NCBI GenBank assembly: GCA_000388065.2 | Contig: KB932209.1 | Direction: 5' to 3' (one strand) | Length of the DNA stretch: 64,000 nt | Source of the DNA: Fonticula alba ATCC 38817 | Lineage: Eukaryota; Protista; Nucleariida | In this document: in pieces, positions 29,566-40,228 of the stretch | Position numbering within the stretch: position 1 is the first letter of the stretch | Layout of the letters: the number at the start of each line of letters is the position of its first letter | Position numbers and translations under genes: made by a program | Notes under the pieces: generated by a model | The model's input: the letters and a program-made list of their open reading frames with translations, nothing else | Told to the model about the DNA's origin: nothing | Database searches by the model: none

Positions 29566-30640
29566 AAGGGAGAGATAAAGGGAGATCCGTGGTCGGAAGG
29601 GGGTTAATGAGCGTGCGAAATGGGTCAGTGGAGCGCTGGAGAATGGACGAGGCCGGCCGACAGGAGCAGCAGTGCCCGCAAGAGCAACAGTGCCCGCAGG
29701 AGCAACAGTGCCCGCAGGAGCAACAGTGCCCGCAGAAACAGCAATCCCATGCACGTGCAACAGCAAGGACGCCACCCTTCCCCATGGTGAGGGTCTGCGC
29801 CCAGCGCGAGCACACGTACGAGACAAACCCCCCAAAGGAGTGCCCCACGAGCACGGTCTTGCCGGCGCCGGGGTTCTGCCGGCGATCGGCCTCCAGCAGG
29901 TCGATCACATCCAGCGCGTGGACGGCCCAACTGTCGACGAAGTCCGCCACGCGACTTGGCTCCGGGATCAGGCGATTGGGACCGCGGCTCGGCCATGCGG
30001 TTGGCAAGTCGGCCACCGGTGCCTCCAGGAGGGCCCGGTTGAGCACGGCACTCGACCCATGGTTCCGAAGGTCCACCAGCATGTGCCGCCAAGGGGACAC
30101 ATCGGCCGCCGGGTGCTCAGCCAGGGCAGGCTCCGGCCCCGGGAGCTCCGGCATGAGGAAGACGCCTGGCGTGGAGAGGGCCTGGCCGAGGTGCCGGAAA
30201 TCCGGCTGCCCGATGGTCTGGCGGGGATCCTGGGCCGCCAGATGCCGGGCCAGCGGAATCATGGACTCCTTGTGGAAGCCAGTGCAGTGGATGAACACCA
30301 GTCGATGGTCGCCATCGGATTCGGCCGCCACAGCCGGCTTGCGAACCGCATAGCACAGCCGGCCCTGGAGCTGGTCGGCCGCCGGGTTGGCAGGCGCCAC
30401 AGGGACCCGACCACGCAGAGCCGCCACCCCGCCGGCATACGCCTCCGGCCGGGGCCAGCGGATGGGGACCGACTCCTCCGGGCCCAGGCGATCCATGTAC
30501 TGCTGGGTGCCTGGTGACAGGCCGGCCGTCGGGCCGGGGAAGCCCCCGGCTGCCGTTGGCGCCAGCGAGGAGAAGCCACGCGCCGGGGTGGCGCTGGCGA
30601 CCACCGATCGAAGGGAACGCAGCGATGTCGAGAGTCTCAT
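28310..30640 (-). CDS. Alpha/beta hydrolase with mitochondrial-type presequence, 5 exons
   Basis: LVFIHCTGFHKE, VDLRNHG, nucleophile elbow LVGHSFGG, LVCIEPIL and YSHFMQME. Donors GTACGT, GTGCGT, GTTCGT and GTACCT give in-frame joins; ends ..FLPSSKTQ*. Confidence 0.85.
29663..29734. repeat. Intronic minisatellite, 4 x 18 bp (consensus GGAGCAACAGTGCCCGCA)
   Basis: Four near-identical tandem units read directly inside hydrolase intron 1. Confidence 0.9.
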
Positions 30641-31483
30641 CTGCCGAGGAGGGGGGAGGACGAAAGGAAGAGGGAGAAAAAAAAAACGAACAAAACCCCC
30701 CGGGAAGGCAAGTCACCGAGGCAACGCGGGGCAGGAGCAGGAGCAAAGGCAGGGGAGGAACTTTGGACGAATGCCCCGTGGCAGCGTGGACTCGCACCCG
30801 CGGCCCCAAGTACCGGGGGCAGCCTGAACCGGCAGGCAGGCAGGCAGGCAGGCAGGAAGGCGGCGGGGAGGGGGGGGGGGGGGGGGAGACAGGAAGGAGT
30901 GCCCGGCGGGGGAGGGAGGGTTCCTCGGCGCCGGGAAGCGACGCGGCAAACGCAAGACACCACGCCCAACAAAAGCAGATCTCAAGNNNNNNNNNNNNNN
31001 NNNNNNNNNNNNNNNNNNNNNNNNNNNNNNNNNNNNGGGGGAGGGAGGGTTCCTCGGCGCCGCGAAGCGAGCCGGCAAACACAAGACACCACGCCCAACA
31101 AAAGCAGATCTCAAGTCAGGGACCGGACGCGCTGAGGGGCGCGGAGCACCATCGAGGGCCAGAGCCGGATGGCTGGCCATCTGGGCGATCGGGCGTGCGT
31201 ATTCACACGTGACTGATAGAATCATCGTGACCCTCCGTTTCCCAGCTGAATTGGCCGCCGCCTTTTCAGCGGGCGACTTTCCAGGCTCGATCGCTTGGCG
31301 GGGAGGCTTTCACACATTCCCCCGCTGCACCCTCCCCCTTCTGTCTCCCTCTCTCCCTCTCTCTGTCTCCCCCTCCTCCCGCCTTGGGCCTGATTTTTGC
31401 TCGCCGCCCCCGTCTCTTGCCCCCCCCCCTCCCCGTCCATCTCCCTCTGGCCTCCTCTTGCTGCCTGCCTCGGGCCGTGGAGC

Positions 31484-32994
31484 ATGTCTTTCCTCTGGCC
31501 GTTTGTCAGCCGGCCATACCTGACCCGGCGGCCGGCCTCGACGGCATCGCCATCGGCAGAGCGTCCCTCCGGCCCGGGCGTCGAGGGGACGAATGCTCGC
31601 ACCTCATCGACGTCAGCCTCCGCGGCCCTGCCACCGGACCTGGTTGACCTAGTGTGCCGCTATGCCGCAGATGGCTGTCTCGAGGACTGTACCATCAACC
31701 ATACGCCGCACCTGGGGCAAAACCTCAACACGGCCAATGTCTCGCTCGACCTTTCGTCTGTGTATGCCCCTGCTCTTGATTGAGTTGTACATCCTTCTGC
31801 CTTGCCATCTTTATCCCCCCTTTCGACCGCGTGCCCGATCCGCCCCCCCCCCTCCTTGGCGATTGATTAACCCCCCACCTGGTGTTTCGGTTGCCCGGCA
31901 GAAACATCGCCTTCGACGAGGCGTCGCATGCGATTTTCTTCCTGTCCATCTGCTTTCTGGTGTATGACCTGTTTGTCCAGCCGCTGCCGGCGAGACCGGC
32001 CGGCTGGGCATACGACTTCCCCCCGCACTTGCCGCGCTTCTGCACCCTGCGCGAGCTGGCGGCCCTGTCGCAGCTGCTCTACATTGCCAGCATCTGGATT
32101 GCCCGGCTCGGGGATTTCCGCCGGCTAGAGTACTTTGTCACCTCGCACTTCACGGTCCTTGTGCATACGCTCGTCTGGATGGGGGCTCTGTCGGTAAGAA
32201 GCGCACGCCCTGCCCTTTCCCTTCTCTCTCTCTCTCTCTCTCTCTCCCCATCCATCCCGTAGCGCTCAGTTGCCACCACGCCACTTGCCTCTGACCCGGC
32301 CAAATCCCCTTCCCCGCTCCCGGCTCCCAGTACCCGGGCGAGCCGCTGGTCGGCACGGCTACCCATGCCCCGGCAGGCCCCGGTGCCGGTTCCTTGGCTG
32401 ACCTGTCGGCCTTCCTCAGCCTCGGAGCCTGGCGGACACGCGTGCGCCCGGTGCTCACATTCTACGCGTGCTGCCTGACCCGCGTGCCGATGATCATCCT
32501 GGTGCAGCATGCCACCGGGGGGTTCCTTTGGAAGTTCCTCACTTGTGCCGTGAGGTCCGTTTGCATCCTAGCGCTCCTCCCGCCCCTCTTGCTCCCCTTG
32601 TCGTTGCTCTTTTTTTTTTTGCCGCTGTTCCATGCACCTCACTTCGCGCGCCCCCCCCCGGGACACACGTAATCTCACCTGCTTCGCCTCTCTGCCTGGT
32701 CCCGATCATAGCCCCCTGCTGGCGGCCATGTACCAGCGCATGTTCCTTATCCCGGATTGGGCACCGGAGCTGGTGCTGGTGCGAACTGGCGCCAGTGTCA
32801 GCCTGGGCGGCTTTCCGCCGGTGGTGAGCTCCTTGCTGCTCGGAACCCTGACCGGCGCGGTGTTTAGCTTGCTGCTCAGCCTCCCGCGGGCCATCTTCCT
32901 CGGGCCCATCTACTGGGAGGATTTCCTCCGTCGGGGATTCGTCCTGAAGCACGTCAACAAAGACACCGTGGGTATCGGCCGAATCACCAGCTAG
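31484..32994 (+). CDS. Hypothetical multi-pass membrane protein, 4 exons
   Basis: In-frame splicing via GTATGC, GTAAGA and GTCCGT donors links hydrophobic segments HAIFFLSICFLVYDLFV, LAALSQLLYIASIWIA, FTVLVHTLVWMGAL, VLTFYACCLTRVPMIILV and VVSSLLLGTLTGAVFSLLLSLPRAIFLG. The start codon is uncertain. Confidence 0.7.
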
Positions 32995-33241
32995 GGTGTG
33001 ACTCTCCCTCTCGTCCGCCCTTCTTGCCTCGCCCCTCTGGGGTTTTCTCGAGCACACGTGTGTTGGACAGCGGCCCACTGGCACACGCCTCCAGACATGT
33101 GTCCACGCGGACGAGCGAGCGAGCGAGCGCGCACCCTCACTTTCTTTCCTCCCTTTCCCCTCTCTCTTCCCTATTCCTCACCCACACACCCACACACACA
33201 CACACTGTTTGGACTCTCACTCTCAATACATCCTCCATAGA

Positions 33242-34368
33242 TCAGGCGGTCTCGCCTTCGACAGGAGCCTTTGCGGCTGTCCGTTTGCGCTTGGGGACCG
33301 GAGCTACGGGGTTGTCAGCGGCATCGGGCAGGTGTGTATGCATGTGTGTGCATGTGTGTGAGAGCGGGGGGGGAGAGGGAGGGAGAGAAGCAAAGCCATG
33401 GGATTGGAGCATGGATGGGGAAGGTAGTCGCACCGTTGACATTTTCCCGCAGGTAGAACTTCTGCAGCAGGGACACCGCCTCCTCGGCGAAGTAGCCGGT
33501 GCGGCATTCCAGCGGCGGCAGCCCGGTGTCATATGGGCTAGAGAGGGCGTGGGGGAGGGCGGTGTCAAAGGAAGGGCAAGAGGAGAGGGGCCCGAGCGGG
33601 AGCGGCAGCGGGAGTGATTGTGCACAAGCGAGAGCCAATGGCCTCAGCACGTACTACGAGTGAGCATTGATAATGGAGCCACACCCGCCGAACCGGTCGT
33701 TGGAGGCGCCAAAGAAGCACAGTTGGATGCCTGGGCGGTGCGCCGAGAGACGAGGGCGTGAGTCATCGAGTGCTCGAAATAAATGTGCTCCTGGCGCAAG
33801 GGACGTACCAGAGTGCCGCAGGGCGCCGGCACACATGACGCAGGGCTCCAAAGTCACGTAGAGAACACATTCGGAGAGGCTGTGTGTCAGGTTGGCAGCT
33901 GATGCGTCGGGGTGCGCCGCGCGGAACTCGCTGACGAACTGGTCGATAGCTTCGACCTCAGCATGCCGGGTGGCCTGAACGCAGGAACATGTGCGCATGT
34001 GTGTGAGAGAGAGAGAGGGAGGAATGGCGACCATCAGCGTCAAGGGGGATGAGGGCGGGGGAGTGACGCAGCGACATATGTATCCACAAGGTCGTACGTT
34101 GTGAGTCTCGCTCGGACGGTTCCTCCCGCGCGCCACAATCTGGGCGTCCTTCACGAGGACACACCCGACCGGGACTTCGCCCAAGTCGAGGGATTCTTGA
34201 GCCTGCGGCCGAAAGTGGGAAGGTCAGACTCCCTGGCCAGGTGGATAGTCATCGGGACCATCCGGATCGAGGGGGTGGGATGGGACGCACCAGCCGGAAT
34301 GCCTCGCGCATGAAGGGCTCACAGTAGACCATGTCCTGGTCGCGCGGCTTGGAAAAGGAAAGCGTCAT
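33242..34368 (-). CDS. TAD2: tRNA-specific adenosine deaminase subunit TAD2/ADAT2, 6 exons
   Basis: FMREAFRL, GEVPVGCVLV, zinc motifs ATRHAE and LYVTLEPCVMCAGAL, FGASNDRFGGCGS, and LQKFYLRENVN|AP. Confidence 0.92.
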
Positions 34369-35287
34369 CTTGGATGGGGCAGCAACTATGAGACGGGCAT
34401 GGGGCATCAGTGGCGCTGCGGTTGACCAGCATGGGGGCGCGTGCTGGCGCACCGCTTGACAGGGGACGCTGCCTTGGCAGGGGGAAGCGCGAGCCGGTTC
34501 TTAAAAAGGTACGAAGTATTTTGGCAACCAAGGACCGGGGGGGGGGGGCAGGGGCAGAGAAGGGCAGCACGACCGGGATATGGGCAAGAGCAAGGCAGCA
34601 GGCGGGAGAGCAGGCAGGGAGGGGACGGGCGCGGGGGAGAAGGGGCGAAGGGGGGAAAAAAAAGAAAAAGAAAAGGATGCCAGGATTGCACAGGGTGTTG
34701 GGTAGGCGTCTCAACGCGTGGGACCTGGTGGGACACTTTTCTTCGGGGTGCCCGTTCTGGGCTGGGAGACCGCATCGATCAATCTTTGACTCGGTCGTGG
34801 GAAATACGCCTCCGGCGAGGAATGTCATTGCGTGAGACCGTTATCCGAGGAAAATCCCCCCGCCACGATGAATTTTCGCGGGTGTCACACATGAAAATTG
34901 GGCCCCCCCCCCCCGCCGCCCAGGTTTCTCCAACCCAAACACCACGGCCGAGGATCTCGCACCACACTCGCCCGTTCGGTCGGGGTGGGGGTGGGGTGGG
35001 GGGGTAGAGGGGGCCCTGTTCCTCCCGAAGAGCCTCCTGGGCGGGCAATCTCCCCTCGACGGGCGAGACATGAAATCTCCCAGCCCATTTCCCTCCCCCT
35101 CCCTCCTCCCCGCCCCTGCGCACGCGCCCTCTCCATATTCCTATTTTTTCCGCCTCTCCTCGATACCCCCGTGACGAGCTCCTCCCTCGCCACTTCCAGG
35201 CTGAACGCGGAGTCACCGGCCCCCAAGCGCGGCACCTGGAGTCGGTCATAAAGAGCGTGCTGTCTCCCCCGCCTCCCCGGACCGAAG

Positions 35288-38200
35288 ATGTACATCCGCG
35301 AGATCATTGTCGATGGCTTCAAGTCGTACGCGACGCGCACGGTGATTGCCGGGTGGGATCCAGCCTTCAATGCGATTACCGGCCTCAATGGCTCGGGCAA
35401 GTCCAACATCCTGGATTCCATCTGTTTTGTGTTGGGCATTTCCAATCTGAGTCATGTATGTTGCCCCCCCCTGCCCCCCCCCCCCCTCCCCTCCCTCTCC
35501 CTCCTGGGCTGGCTGTCCCTGCCTTTCATATCTTCTCCTTCCCCCTGTCCCTGGGCATTTGCTGACTTTCTGCCCTCTTCGGCCTCCTCTTTCTCTTTTT
35601 TTTTTCCCCCTCGATGAAGGTCCGCGCCGGGAACCTCTTGGCCCTGGCGTCCAGGCCGGGCCGGGCGGGCAACACCAACCCAGCGGTAACATTTGCATCG
35701 GCCAATCCGGCCCCCCAGCACAAGCCCGTGGGGTATGAGTCCTACCCGACGATCACCATCACCCGGCAGGTGTGTTTCTCTTGCTCCTCGCTCTTGCCCT
35801 CGCCCCTTCCGTACACAGATCGATCCTGGCGAGGCATGCTCCCTTCTCGCCCGCCTCCCCCTCCGCCTCGTGGTCTCGATACTCACCCTCCTCGCTTGGC
35901 CAACTGCCCCTGCCGGAAATGCAGATTGTCATCAACGGCCGCAACAAGTACCTGATCAACGGCATGAATGCCCAGCAGAAGGCCGTGATGAACCTCTTCC
36001 AGTCGGTTCAGTTGAATGTCAACAACCCGCACTTCCTAATTATGCAGGGGCGCATCACCAAGGTCCTGAGCATGAAGGCGCCGGAAATCCTGTCCATGAT
36101 TGAGGAAGCCGCCGGCACGCGCATGTTCGAAGACAAGAAGGACAGCGCCATCCGGACCATGGAGCGCAAGGACAAGAAGTTGGTGGAAATCCAGACGGTA
36201 CGTCCTTCCGGCTTGGCGTCGGCCCGGGCGCGATGTCCCTTCGCACTGGCGCGGTTGTGGGCTTGCCATTCTCTTTGGGCCGGAGCATCGATTGACAGGC
36301 GGTCCTTGTGGGGCGGTGATTGTGCGGTCCTGCGGCGGCCCGGTGGGAATAGCTCCTGTCGGAGGAGATCACCCCCAAGTTGGACAAGCTGCGCAAGGAG
36401 CGCTCGGCATTCCTGGAGTTCCAGAAGATCGAGAGCGAGCTGGAGCGCCTGCAGCAGCTGGTGGTCGCGCACCAGTACACCACCCTCTTTGGCAAGCTGC
36501 ACTCGCTGGAGCAGGCCGCCGAGGAGAAGACCGCCCGGCGGGGGGCCCTGTCCGCCGAGCGGGCCACCACGCAAACGCGCATCGACGAGGCCCAGGCCCA
36601 GGCCAGTGACCTCCTCCGACAGAAGGAGGGCAATCAGCTGCTTCGGGAGTTGACCGAGACCACGGAGCGCCTGTCCGAGGGGCTGGTGCGCCTGCGCACG
36701 CAGGTGGATCTCAAGCGCCAGACCCAAGCCGAGGAGGCGGCCGGGTTGGAGCGGTCTCGCGGCCGGTTGGCCGTGTTGGACCAGCAGCTCGCTCAAGCCG
36801 ACGCCTCGGACGGGCGGCTGGCCATGTTGCAGGCTCGCGCGCGGGCCATTGTCAGCGAGCTGGACGAGAAAAATGAGGCCGTTCGCCGGGAGGACGCTCT
36901 GTTGTCGACGCTGGCCACCGGCGTCGGCGGGTCGGATGCCGGGTCCAGTGGCTTTGCCGAGAGGTTGCAGGGTGCGTTGCTGCTTTCCCCGGGCCCTCCC
37001 TCCCTCCCTCCTTCCTTCCTTGTGTGCATGCATTTGCCGGTGCCTAACCCTGGTGCCATTGCCTCGACTGGCTTCCCCGGTGCGCATGTCGGCCACGTAG
37101 AGGCCAAGCAGAATGCCGGGCTCATCCTCAGCGAAAAGAAGCAGGCAGAAACCCGGCTCCGGCACTTGGGCCAGGAGCTGGAGCTGAAGCGGTCCCAGCT
37201 CCAGGCGGCCTCGGCCTCGAGTCAGGCCCTGACACAGCGGTACGCTCAGGCGTGCGCCGAGCTGGATGCCATCAAGGTACGCCGGGGGCCTGGCTTGTTT
37301 CTTCTCTTCCTTGGGTCCCTCTCCTTTGCCCTCGCGTGCCGCCACATGCTGACTCACCCGGCTGGCTGGCTGGCTCGGATTGTTTTTTTTTTCCTTTGGC
37401 AACAACAGGCGCGCCTGGCCACGGTCAACTTCGACCCGGCCCATGAGCAGGCCCTGCAGGCGCAGCACCAGGCCGCGCAGGAGGCCCTGGCGCCCTTGCT
37501 CCAAAGCAGCCGCCAGCTGACGGACAACCTCCTGCGCGCGGTGCAATTCCAATTCGCCGACCCGGTGGCGGGGTTTGATCGGTCCCTGGTCCGAGGCCTG
37601 GTGGCCGAGCTGATCCGCATTCCGCCGGAAAACTTGCACACGGCCACGGCGCTGGAAATCGCCGCCGGTGGGCGTCTCTACAATGTGGTCATCGAGAATG
37701 AGGTCGTCGGGCAGCAGCTCCTCCGACATGGGCAGCTCCGTCGGCGGTACAACTTCATCCCCCTCAACAAGGTGGTCCCGCCGGGGGAGCAGCGCGACCG
37801 GACGGCCCGCGCGCAGCATGTCACCGGGCAGCGCGCCCGGCCGGCCATTTCGCTGGTCTTCTATGATGAGGCCGTTTCGCCGGCCATGAAGTATGTCTTC
37901 GGGTCGACGCTGGTTTGCGACGATGCGGCCACGGCCAAGCAGGTGTCGCTCGATGACCCGGGCATCCGGCTGCGGTCGGTCACCCTGGATGGGGATTTGT
38001 ACGACCCGCGAGGCACGCTGACCGGTGGATCGCGGCAAAGTGGGGCCGCCACGCTGGCCGGCCTGCACCAGCTCCAGCAGCTCCAGCAGGAGGTGGCCCG
38101 GCACCAGGCAGCGGCGGACCGGGCGTCTGCCGGGTTGCAGGCCCTGCGCCAGGCATCGCAGGACTTCCGCCAGCTCCGCCAGCAACTGAGCCTCAAGGAG

Positions 38201-39727
38201 CATGAGGTGGCTCTCTTCCGGGAGCAGCTGGAGCAGAGTCCACAGGGCCAGCTGACCAAGCTCCTGGAAGGCCTGGAGGCGGAGGCGGCCACGGCCAGTC
38301 GGGAAATCGAGGCGGCCGCCGGGCGCCATGCCACCGTGGCGGCGGAGGTCCTTCGCCTGGAGACCGACCTCCGAGACTTGGAAAGCAACCGCGAGGCCAA
38401 GCTCCAGAGCATCCGGCAGAATTTGGCCCGGCTGAAGCAGGAACGCGACCGCCTGTCGCAGGAGCACCAAGCCCTCGGGGGTCAGGTGGGCGTGGCACAG
38501 GCCGAGGCCGAGCAGGCTCGCGCCGATCGGGCGGAACTGGCCGCCGGGATCGACACGGCCGCCGGGCAGCTGGCCACCCTGGGCCAGGAGCTGGCGGCCC
38601 TGGAGGCCGATCTCCAAGCGCGGACGGCCGAGTTCGAGGCGGAATCCGCGCGACTCGGGGCCGAGCGGGCCCAGGTCACCCGGCTGAATGAGGACCTCCG
38701 GCGGTTGGAAAGCGTGGTCAAGGCCGGGACCGACCAGCTGAATGAGCTGGACTTGGAGACCCGGCGGGTGGAGCACGAGCTTCAGCGCTTGACGCGCGAC
38801 CGGGACGAGGCCACGCAGGGGGTCCAGCGGTTGGAGGAGGCGCATCCGTGGATCTCGGAGCAGCGAGAGCACTTCGGGTCGCCGGGCGGGCCGTTCGACT
38901 TCGCGACCAACAATCCGGCCGACGCGCGCCGGCGTCTGGAGCACCTGGAGGCATCGCACAATCGCCTGGCCAAGAATGTCAACCGCAAGGTGATGACCAT
39001 GTTGGAGCGTGTCGAGCGCGAGGAGCAGACCCTGAAGAACAAGCTGTCCATCGTGGTAGACGACAAGGGCAAGATCGAGACCACCATCGGCAAGTTGGAT
39101 GTCAAGAAGCGCGAGACCGTGCTGGAGACCTGGCGCGCGGTGAACACGGAGTTTGGCCTCATTTTTGGGGACCTCCTGCCGGGGAATACCGCGCGCTTGG
39201 ACCCGACTTCCTCGGGCGATGTGTCCGACGGTCTGGAGATCAAGGTCAACCTGGGCGGGGTGTGGAAGGAGAGTCTGACCGAATTGAGTGGCGGCCAGCG
39301 GTCGCTGGTGGCTCTGTCGTTGATTTTGGCCCTGCTCAAGTACAAGCCGGCTCCGTTGTACATTTTGGATGAGATCGACGCGGCGCTGGACCTGTCCCAC
39401 ACGCAGAATATCGGCCAGCTGCTGAAGCACCGTTTCCATGGGGCTCAGTTCATTGTGGTTTCCCTGAAGGAGGGCATGTTTTCCAATGCCAACGTCATCT
39501 TCCAGACGAAGTTCCGCGATGGGACCTCCACCGTGCTGCGCTTCTCCTCGGCTGCGACCAATGGTCGGGCTGGAGCGCCTGGTGGCGCTGGCCCCGACGG
39601 CCCGGCCCCACTCCTCACGGCTCAGGAGGGGTCCCAGCAGGGGCTGTCCTCCTCGTCGTCGCCCTCGCTGTCAGACGGATCGTCCTCCAGCATGGTCGAG
39701 ATGTCAGCCAGTGGGTCCCACGACTAG
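35288..39727 (+). CDS. SMC2: Condensin subunit SMC2, 6 exons
   Basis: [14 protein letters not shown], Walker [22 protein letters not shown], hinge region ([38 protein letters not shown]), signature LSGGQRSL and Walker B/D-loop [11 protein letters not shown]. Confidence 0.95.
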
Positions 39728-39879
39728 GGTGCCTCCGTGGACTTGCTTCTCTGCTTGAAAAAGCCCCCCCCCCCCAGCAATAGACTTCACACAATTCGGC
39801 ATTCTCCTGTTGCTGGCACCTGGGCATGCATTTGTGTGCCCTCCCCCCCAGGGGGGGAGAACAGGCAGGGCCAGGGCGG

Positions 39880-39934
<55 letters not shown>

Positions 39935-40105
39935 GGAGAGAGAGAAAGAGAGGGAGAGAAAGAGAGGGAGAGAAAGAGAGGGAGAGAGAGAGAGGGAGAG
40001 AGGGAGAGANNNNNNNNNNAGAGAGGGAGAGAGAGAGAGGGAGAGAGGGAGAGAAAGAGAGGGAGAGAGAGAGGGAAAGGGAGAGAGCAGGGGGAGAGAG
40101 AGCAG
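39880..40105. repeat. (GA)n/(GAGG) microsatellite between the convergent SMC2 and zinc-finger 3' ends
   Basis: Long purine-only AG repeat tract with an internal 10-N gap. Confidence 0.9.
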
Positions 40106-40228
40106 GGGGAGATGGGAGACTGTATTCGGGGCGCGGCCTTTCACGGGCAGCCCCGCAAGGACAAAAAGGGGGGGAGAGGGAGAGAGAGAACAAGGTCAAG
40201 GACAGGAGGTGAGGGGGCCAGCAGAGTG

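Noticed and set aside
29663-29734. 18-bp repeats (also 53965-54112 and 61876-62040) as possible CRISPR arrays
   Set aside because: Contiguous tandem units with no unique spacers, eukaryotic context and no cas genes.
39545-39727. Ser/Gly-rich C-terminal extension on SMC2
   Set aside because: Low-complexity tails are seen on many proteins in this window; no specific signal.
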